A program made the translations under genes and the position numbers. A DNA stretch of 32,000 nt, from the NCBI RefSeq assembly GCF_000018305.1, contig NC_009954.1:1500001-1532000 (forward strand). Direction: 5' to 3'. This document shows positions 25,174 through 32,000 of this stretch, piece after piece (within the stretch, counting starts at the first letter, position 1; each line of letters opens with the position of its first letter). The notes beneath the pieces are model-generated. The model was not told the DNA's origin, ran no database searches, and saw only the letters and a list, made by a program, of their open reading frames with translations. This DNA comes from Caldivirga maquilingensis IC-167. Its GTDB lineage: Archaea > Thermoproteota > Thermoprotei > Thermoproteales > Thermocladiaceae.

Positions 25174-25220
25174 TAATTTCAGTTTTTAAAGAACCCATGA
25201 GAGTTACCTAACAAAGGGCC

Positions 25221-26237
25221 ATGCTTAAGATAGCCCTAGCCCTAGGCTACTATGAAATCGGCGGCTTCAAAACAGTAATAGACAACCTAGCAGCAAAACT
25301 CAGCGAAAAAGGACACGAAGTCACAGTATACGCAAGGGTAATAAGAACAAAACCGCCAAAGGATGTTAACGTTATCAAAGCATCACCACAGGAATTCTAT
25401 AGAGAAACTAGAAAACACGACATAATACACGTACATACATCATACCCATACCTAAAAGTACTCGCTGACAACAACGCACTAGACAACGTAGTATTCACAT
25501 ACCATGGATACGCACCTTGGTATGAAGTACCAGGCACAACAAGCAAACTAATAAACCTATACCTACTGATTATGTACAAAAGACTACTCAAGAAGGTCAA
25601 AGTAGTAACCGCAGTCAGTAATTACGTAAAAGAACAAGTAAGAAAATTATTCAATAGGGAGGCCATAGTGATTTACAATGGCGTAAATCTCACAGTATTT
25701 AAACCAAATATGAATATAAATAAGCAGACTAACGAAATAATAATATTCAATGCAACTGCGTGGAACAGATTCAAGGGGCAGGAACGCCTAATTAAATATT
25801 ACAGGGTAATAAAAAGACAATACCCAAATGCAAAACTAATGATGAGGGGCAACTACCAAGGTAACTCTGAGGATATACAAGTGCTCCCGCCCATGGACCC
25901 AACGGAACTAGCCAAGTACTACTCAATGGCAACATTCTATTTACTAGTATCATCGTGGGAGAGCTTCGGCTTACCAATAATTGAAAGCATGGCATGCGGA
26001 ACCCCAGTAATAGCCTGGGACAGACCAGACGCCAGGCGCGAACACATACTCAACTCAGGTGCGGGCTACTTATTCAGGAACGAGGAAGAATTGCTACAGG
26101 CGGTTAAGAATGTAATAGAAAACAGAGAGGAACTGTCACAAAAAGCCATAAACTACGCAAGGCAATTTGACTGGGAAAATATTGTCAATAAATACCTAGA
26201 TGCCTACGGTGTGATCATCAATGAGGAAATACAATAA
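25221..26237 (+). CDS. Glycosyltransferase family 4
   Basis: 338 aa. It has IGGFKTVIDNLAAKLSEKGHEVTVYA and SSWESFGLPIIESMACGTPVIAWD. Confidence 0.8.
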   Translation: MLKIALALGYYEIGGFKTVIDNLAAKLSEKGHEVTVYARVIRTKPPKDVNVIKASPQEFYRETRKHDIIHVHTSYPYLKVLADNNALDNVVFTYHGYAPWYEVPGTTSKLINLYLLIMYKRLLKKVKVVTAVSNYVKEQVRKLFNREAIVIYNGVNLTVFKPNMNINKQTNEIIIFNATAWNRFKGQERLIKYYRVIKRQYPNAKLMMRGNYQGNSEDIQVLPPMDPTELAKYYSMATFYLLVSSWESFGLPIIESMACGTPVIAWDRPDARREHILNSGAGYLFRNEEELLQAVKNVIENREELSQKAINYARQFDWENIVNKYLDAYGVIINEEIQ

Positions 26238-27840
26238 AGTCGCCATATTACTAACCTCCGCCTCGATAATACTATTTACCTACTCAACAATCTCCATGAC
26301 TAAATTCACAGTTAATGTAATAACCCAATCACCATTTTACCTATACAATAACACACCATATATAGTAACAATAATCCTCACACTAATCACAACAATAATA
26401 TTAACACTCATAAATACCGGCGCAAAGAAAACATTGAACGCAATATTAATAATCATACTATGGTTCATGGTACTGGCCGAACCATACTTAACATACATAA
26501 ATGCACTACCCCTATACAACGACCAGCTAGGCTTCGTAGAAGAAGTACTGGCAATGATAAACACAGGCAGAGCAGTAGCCATACAAGGTGGTGTAACAAC
26601 ACTTGGACACGCATATTTCACATCATCACTAGCACTTCTAACAGGAATAAACGGAATAAATGCGGCAATTCTCGTTCAGCTCATAATGCCAATAATATAC
26701 GCAGTAACATACCTAGCCTTAACATCAGACATAGAAGACGTAAGAGCACGAATCCTAACCTCACTAATAATCCTAGCATCATTCCTAAACCCATTTTGGT
26801 ACGGAAGAACGCCCTTCGCCTTGATCTTCCTCGCGCTACTAACATTAATAATTTATAAACTATTCACAAAAGGAGTCAGCTACGAACAAAACACCCTGAG
26901 AATCACAATGTACATATTATACGCAGCCTACGCAATATCGGACCCCACATCACTATTCATACCATTAATATTCATGGCAGCATCTATATTTAATAAAAGA
27001 TATACATTAATATTCATAGCAACCTCACTAATATGGATCACAATTAATCTAATAGCTATGGTATCAGGAAGCCTATACTCAGCACTAATGGAACTAATAG
27101 ATCTATTCACCGCACCATCAAATCCAGTGCTCTCGCTACTAACGCCCGGCGTTAACGAAGTAATAATGATATACTACCGATTACGTGAATTAAACGTATT
27201 ACTGATGTACATAGTAGGCCTAATAATAATATACTATATAATAAATAGAATAAAAAAGAGAAATCAAGACTTCGTCAAGGATTTACTAATATTAATTTAC
27301 ATTATTTCAGTAATAACTGAAGCGGCAGCTCTCGCAATAAACAGGTGGGGAATGGTGCCATATACACTCTATACATTAAGCATAATACCAATAATGTTAA
27401 TAATATACAGGGAATACTACAACACAAAGAAAATACCCCTAGCCGCAATAATGGCAATAACCCTTTCACTTATCATAATGGCACCCGCAGTCAAATGGGG
27501 CTATGCAGCAATAGCATTCCCAACACCACATGATATAGCAGAATCACAATTCCTAACCAACTATACACAAATAAACACCCAAATATGCACCGCAGGAGCA
27601 CACCAAATCCTACAATTCTATTCATATATAAATAACAAAACACTGAACCAATATGCATTAAACCTACCAATGGGTAGCAACATACCCAGTACATGCCATA
27701 TCATAGCCATATTCTACAGGGCAATGAATACGTACAGAATGGACATGACATTAAACCAACTAATGCAAACAATAAACCAACTCGACAACAATTACAACAT
27801 AATCTACAAGGATGAAACATGGACAGTGTGGGCAAAGTAA
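26221..27840 (+). CDS. Large polytopic membrane protein with C-terminal soluble domain; candidate glycan polymerase or GT-C-type transferase
   Basis: 539 aa with about 12 or more hydrophobic helices, followed by a ~110-aa hydrophilic C-terminus. It is embedded in the GT cluster with overlaps on both sides. No AglB WWDxG motif was seen. The function is inferred from context only. Confidence 0.45.
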   Translation: MRKYNKVAILLTSASIILFTYSTISMTKFTVNVITQSPFYLYNNTPYIVTIILTLITTIILTLINTGAKKTLNAILIIILWFMVLAEPYLTYINALPLYNDQLGFVEEVLAMINTGRAVAIQGGVTTLGHAYFTSSLALLTGINGINAAILVQLIMPIIYAVTYLALTSDIEDVRARILTSLIILASFLNPFWYGRTPFALIFLALLTLIIYKLFTKGVSYEQNTLRITMYILYAAYAISDPTSLFIPLIFMAASIFNKRYTLIFIATSLIWITINLIAMVSGSLYSALMELIDLFTAPSNPVLSLLTPGVNEVIMIYYRLRELNVLLMYIVGLIIIYYIINRIKKRNQDFVKDLLILIYIISVITEAAALAINRWGMVPYTLYTLSIIPIMLIIYREYYNTKKIPLAAIMAITLSLIIMAPAVKWGYAAIAFPTPHDIAESQFLTNYTQINTQICTAGAHQILQFYSYINNKTLNQYALNLPMGSNIPSTCHIIAIFYRAMNTYRMDMTLNQLMQTINQLDNNYNIIYKDETWTVWAK

Positions 27841-28760
27841 CATACATAACTTACTCTGGGATACCGCACCTGGGACATGTAACATGGGTTTCACTGCTTA
27901 AGCTCATAGCAAAAACAAGGGTTATAAGTTATAAGGAGGTACTAATAAAACTACCCACAAATGAGATAATAATAGCAGAGGGTTTAAGACCAACATTAAT
28001 AAGCATGTCATTAAAACCATTGAATAAATGTATAGTAGCCATAGCCCTCTCACCATCAATCCTGAATAAAAAGGCACACATGCTGTACTCGAGGGCTGAC
28101 GTAATAATAGCTGTATCGGAAATGGTGAGACAATTATTTAATCCAGAAAAAATCGTGGTTGTACACCCAAGACCACCTGACCTAGAGCATTTAATAAAAC
28201 TGAACGTAGACGATAAAAAACCCTGGATATGCTACTCAGGCCCGTTAATACCAATAAAGGGGATCCACATCATACCCGAGGTGGTAAAACACATCACAAG
28301 GAGTGCAAATAATGTGAAAATGATAGTAATGGGCGCAGGGGACACGATGTCACTAAGAAGAAAAAGCAAGGAACTCGGAGTCGAGGATAAAATAGTCATA
28401 GCAGGACCACTCCCAAGACCAAAGGTAATAAATACATTACGCCACTGCAGCATCTACATGCAACCATCATTATTTGACGCATTCTCAATAGCTGTTGCTG
28501 AAGCAATGGCACTCGCAAACGTACCCATCATAACTAAGAATGTGGGATCAAAAGACCTAGTAGAAAAACTAGATAGATCGCTGATTGTAAGTTATGATAG
28601 CGAAGCCATAGCTCAAATAATACTAACAATCCTGAGCCCCAAAAACACGCAGGAGCTCGGTAAAAATGCCAGGGAAATAGTGGCCAGGGAGCTATCCCTG
28701 AAAAATACGGCAAGGAAACTAACAGAGGTACTTGAAAGATGCCTAAAGCATGCATATTAA
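27819..28760 (+). CDS. Glycosyltransferase (GT4-like, Glycos_transf_1 C-domain)
   Basis: 313 aa. It has PSLFDAFSIAVAEAMALANVPIITKNVGSKDLV and overlaps the upstream gene by 22 nt. Confidence 0.7.
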   Translation: MDSVGKVTYITYSGIPHLGHVTWVSLLKLIAKTRVISYKEVLIKLPTNEIIIAEGLRPTLISMSLKPLNKCIVAIALSPSILNKKAHMLYSRADVIIAVSEMVRQLFNPEKIVVVHPRPPDLEHLIKLNVDDKKPWICYSGPLIPIKGIHIIPEVVKHITRSANNVKMIVMGAGDTMSLRRKSKELGVEDKIVIAGPLPRPKVINTLRHCSIYMQPSLFDAFSIAVAEAMALANVPIITKNVGSKDLVEKLDRSLIVSYDSEAIAQIILTILSPKNTQELGKNAREIVARELSLKNTARKLTEVLERCLKHAY

Positions 28761-29743
28761 TTAGGCACCCCACGTATATAGAAGGACAAACAACATACGC
28801 AAGAAACTTCCTAAAGGTATTAAGCATGATATACGGCAAAGACCTCAAGATAATCGTTTCAACACGCAATGCTCACAATACACCTTACGAACTCTATATC
28901 AGGGAATCACTATTACTAATTAAGTATCAAAGCTGTGATGACATACATATATTAAATATAAATAAAGTGCTACCACTGGCAACCAGGGTAATTATGAAAA
29001 TACATGCACGTACAATAACGTACCAATTCTCATACCTACCCACAATACATAGCGACTGGCGTATAAAAAGAGCAATAATCGAAAAGGGATCACAGATAAT
29101 CATCGGCACATCGAGAAGAATAGCCGAACTATTCAGCAAAGCCTACTTCATACACCCACCAATAAACATAGAATTATTCAAACCAGGAAACAAGAAAAAA
29201 GCCAAAGAAACACTAGGCTTGCCAGGAAACACTAAACTAATAGGCTATATAGGTGACATAGATATGAAGAGAGGAATAGATATAGTAATCGACACGGCAA
29301 TTAAATACTCGAGAGAGGGAGTTAAAACGCTAATGGTAACACCACGACTCGACTCAATAACAAAAGAAACCCTAGAAAAACTCAAACAAGCATACAAGGA
29401 CAAAGCAATAATCTGGATTACAAAACCAACCCCCATATGGCTAATCTATAACGCAATAGATGTGCTACTGCTCCCAATAAGGGGCGAGTACCCCACAGAA
29501 CCACCAGCAACACTACTAGAAGCGCTCTCATCAGGAACTCCAGTCATAGGCACAAAAAGCTCCAGCATGAGTGATTATGAAGAACTTTACATAGCAGTTA
29601 ATGAGAACGAAATACCAGAGGTAATAGATGTAGCATTCGAAAACGAGGATTTAAGGGCAAAAGCTAGGGACTTTGCAGTGAAAAACTTAAGTTATGAGGC
29701 GGTAGCGAATAAACTCAGCAGGGTTTTACACATATGTCAATAA
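28739..29743 (+). CDS. Glycosyltransferase (GT4-like)
   Basis: 334 aa. It has IGYIGDIDMKRGIDIVI and EYPTEPPATLLEALSSGTPVIGTKSSSMSDY, and overlaps the upstream gene by 22 nt. Confidence 0.7.
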   Translation: MPKACILIRHPTYIEGQTTYARNFLKVLSMIYGKDLKIIVSTRNAHNTPYELYIRESLLLIKYQSCDDIHILNINKVLPLATRVIMKIHARTITYQFSYLPTIHSDWRIKRAIIEKGSQIIIGTSRRIAELFSKAYFIHPPINIELFKPGNKKKAKETLGLPGNTKLIGYIGDIDMKRGIDIVIDTAIKYSREGVKTLMVTPRLDSITKETLEKLKQAYKDKAIIWITKPTPIWLIYNAIDVLLLPIRGEYPTEPPATLLEALSSGTPVIGTKSSSMSDYEELYIAVNENEIPEVIDVAFENEDLRAKARDFAVKNLSYEAVANKLSRVLHICQ

Positions 29744-29801
29744 TAGTCACACGAGATACCCAAGGAGTGGATTATTCGAGGTTGCCCGTACAATAAGCCA
29801 C

Positions 29802-30757
29802 GTGACCAACATACCATTCACAACGCTTAATTTACTCATAAAATCATCAAGGAGTTTTAAATTAGCCATGACTTATACAAACATGTTATATCTAGGTCAT
29901 TTTGTTAATGCCCATGCCTTCTTAATCCTTAGAAGAATTAGAATTTTAGGCAATACTATCATGTACTTAGTTACAGAGGGACCCTTAGATAATAAACTAT
30001 TAAAGTTCCTATTAAAGCTAAAGCCTTTGAAAGGCAGAACCCTAATCTATGTACCATCACATTACGTAGCTGAGGAAGCCCTGAAAGCTGGTATTGAAAT
30101 CGATAAAATACTGCCTCACGGTATTGACTTCTGCGAGGTACCTAGCATTGAACCACCACAGAATACATCAGACGTAGTAAAGATACTAATGATACTTAGT
30201 AGTACTGATATTTATAAACTATATGGCGTAGCATTATTCATGAGGGCATTAAGTAAGTTAAAGCCTAAGGCTAAATATCAAGTAACCCTTAAGGTCCCAC
30301 GGGGCCAGGATTTGTATTTCATGAATTATCTAAAAAGTACGATATAAATGCCGTGGTTATAGACGAGTACCTAAGTAAAAGGGAGCTTTATACGTTAATA
30401 TCCCAACATGACTTATACATTCATGGCTCATTGAGTGACGGTTTTGGCTTACCAGTCATTGAGAGTATGGCTGTGGGGGTACCGCCTGTAGTATTAGATG
30501 CACCACCATGGAATGAGGTAGTAAACGATTCCGTAGGTTTCCTGGTTAAAGTAGGCAGAGAGAATATTATAATGCGAAAACCATATAAGTTTAAGATAAG
30601 GATATTTAGAGAAGACAATGCTTTAGATACGCTGGAATACGCATTAAATGAAGTTATGAACAACAGGATGGGGTGGTTCACGAAGGTTAGGAAGTACATA
30701 AGGCAAAGATACGATGCACACAGTCTTTATAAAGAATTTGCAAAACTCTTAGAATAG
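29802..30757 (+). pseudogene. GT4-like glycosyltransferase split by a frameshift into ORFs 29802..30347 and 30353..30757
   Basis: ORF 1 ends ...KAKYQVTLKVPRGQDLYF..*. The frame of ORF 2 is already open from 30293 (GPTGPGFVFHELSKKYDINAVVIDEYLSKRELYTLISQHDLYIHGSLSDGFGLPVIESMAVGVPPVV). Joining the two near 30290-30300 restores a normal GT4 central and C-terminal region. Confidence 0.6.
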
Positions 30758-30758
30758 G

Positions 30759-31655
30759 GTGAGTGAAATACCAATGAAGATAGCCAAGGTTTTGAGGAGT
30801 TGTTCGTTCTTTAGGAACTGCTTTAATGCGGCTCTTGCATACCTAAGGGGCGCTAAATTCATTCCTGTAATATGTAATAACGGTAACATGGTTAACTTAT
30901 ACAGAGCATATTACGTCGCTATACTTAATGGGCTTTATCGTGGATTCATAAAGAACTTAAAGTGCGATAGTAGTGGTAATGTAATAGTCATTAATGGTAT
31001 CAAACTATATGCGCAGCCAGTAATTAGTGAAAATGGGTTTGTGGACTTAGGATGCTGCAAATTCACAAGACTTCACTACACCATTCTACAGGTTTTTGTT
31101 AAGCAGGAGTACGCGTTTACTGAGGTACGTGGTGAAACGGTTATTGACATTGGGGCTTTCGTGGGCGACTCAGCCATTTACTTCGCACTGAGGGGTGCGA
31201 GGAGGGTTTATGCGGTTGAGCCTCATCCTGAGGCTTATGCGGAGATGCTTATGAATATATCATTAAATCATTTAAACGATAAAATCATACCAATAAATGC
31301 CGCTGTAGGTAAGGGCGGATTTACATGCGTAAACATTGATGTTAATTATGCAGATATCACCTACTTCAAAACCGCAGACAATAGGTGCGATGGTGTTAGG
31401 ATACCAAGTATTGGACTTAGCGATTTAATGCAGAAGTACGGTATTGAGCCCGATGTGCTTAAAATGGATTGTGAGGGCTGTGAATTCGACGTATTAATGA
31501 ATGAGTATGATGTGATCAAAAAGAAATTTAACGAAATAATTCTAGAATGCCATGACGCCGCTGGTTCATGTAGAGATTTATTACGCAAACTTTCAAAAGA
31601 TTTTAAGTGTCATAAAGTAAGTATGGGCGGATCCAAAATCATTAATTGTAGTTAG
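30759..31655 (+). CDS. FkbM-family SAM-dependent methyltransferase (Methyltransf_21)
   Basis: 298 aa. It has VIDIGAFVGDSAIYFALRGARRVYAVEPHPEAYAEMLMNISLN and LKMDCEGCEFDVL. An alternative start is ATG 30774. Confidence 0.75.
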   Translation: MSEIPMKIAKVLRSCSFFRNCFNAALAYLRGAKFIPVICNNGNMVNLYRAYYVAILNGLYRGFIKNLKCDSSGNVIVINGIKLYAQPVISENGFVDLGCCKFTRLHYTILQVFVKQEYAFTEVRGETVIDIGAFVGDSAIYFALRGARRVYAVEPHPEAYAEMLMNISLNHLNDKIIPINAAVGKGGFTCVNIDVNYADITYFKTADNRCDGVRIPSIGLSDLMQKYGIEPDVLKMDCEGCEFDVLMNEYDVIKKKFNEIILECHDAAGSCRDLLRKLSKDFKCHKVSMGGSKIINCS

Positions 31656-31658
31656 GGT

Positions 31659-32000
31659 ATGAATGTGGCTATTACGTTTGATGACGGTTACAAGGAGCAA
31701 TTAAGTATTGCTAAGTGGCTAGCTAGTAGAGGGATTAAGGCTACATTCTTCGTAATAGTTGGCTTAAGGGAGTATATGGGGAGAGCGTTACTAACTCCTA
31801 GCGATCTAAGGTATATTCGTAGTCTTGGTCATGAAATCGGTAGTCATACGATGACCCATATAGACATGGTAAATACTGATGCTGAGTTAATACGTAGGGA
31901 GCTCGTTGAGAGCAAGCGTATGCTTGAGGACATGCTTAATGAATCTATCACCTCTTTTGCGTATCCATTTGGCCCTCACACGGCTGTTGCAGCGCAGATT
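31659..32000 (+). CDS. Polysaccharide deacetylase (NodB homology domain), 5' part; continues past the window end
   Basis: My own translation from ATG 31659 gives MNVAITFDDGYKEQLSIAKWLASRGIKATFFVIVG...LGHEIGSHTMTHIDM...SFAYPFGPH with no stop codon to 32000. It contains the TFDDG, HxxxH and YPFG NodB motifs. It is not in the ORF track because it is open-ended. Confidence 0.8.
   Translation, partial: MNVAITFDDGYKEQLSIAKWLASRGIKATFFVIVGLREYMGRALLTPSDLRYIRSLGHEIGSHTMTHIDMVNTDAELIRRELVESKRMLEDMLNESITSFAYPFGPHTAVAAQI

Noticed and set aside
1-32000. CRISPR arrays, rRNA and tRNA genes
   Set aside because: No regularly spaced direct repeats of 24-37 nt and no cloverleaf-compatible or rRNA-like segments were seen in any intergenic region. 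The only tandem-like repeat is the codon-level T/S/V stalk repeat at 5675-5815.

Overview
This window looks like chromosomal DNA from a hyperthermophilic crenarchaeon, probably Thermoproteales-like (Vulcanisaeta or Caldivirga type). That guess rests on the PaREP1-like and expanded archaeal-ATPase families, leaderless-style TATA spacing and dense gene overlaps. I found no rRNA, tRNA, CRISPR array, integrase or transposase.

Gene content, left to right:
- 0.5-7.4 kb: a stand-alone PolB-exonuclease-like DEDD nuclease; archaeal ATPase (PF01637-type) copy 1; an HTH_10 regulator divergent from an orphan, C-terminally anchored family-5 solute-binding protein; and an orphan RmlD-like reductase.
- 7.4-13.1 kb, minus strand: a five-gene MoxR operon (membrane protein, DUF4129 giant protein, DUF4350-like, MoxR, DUF58).
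- 13.2-20.4 kb, plus strand: an accessory or conflict-type island. Three more archaeal-ATPase paralogs alternate with two unrelated HEPN/nucleotidyltransferase pairs. They are followed by a tightly coupled trio of a PaREP1-like protein, a compact ABC-type ATPase and a PIN-like protein.
- 20.4-32 kb: a surface-glycan locus with about seven glycosyltransferases (one split by a frameshift), an SDR epimerase, two methyltransferases, a large polytopic membrane protein and a partial NodB-type deacetylase.

The two best candidates for an undescribed system are the iterated HEPN-NTase-ATPase cassettes and the PaREP1/ABC-ATPase/PIN module.

The window is also a strong compositional mosaic. Hand-counted 120-nt samples range from 34% to 61% GC, and T falls to about 11% on the coding strand. 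Two abrupt switches lie inside single genes.
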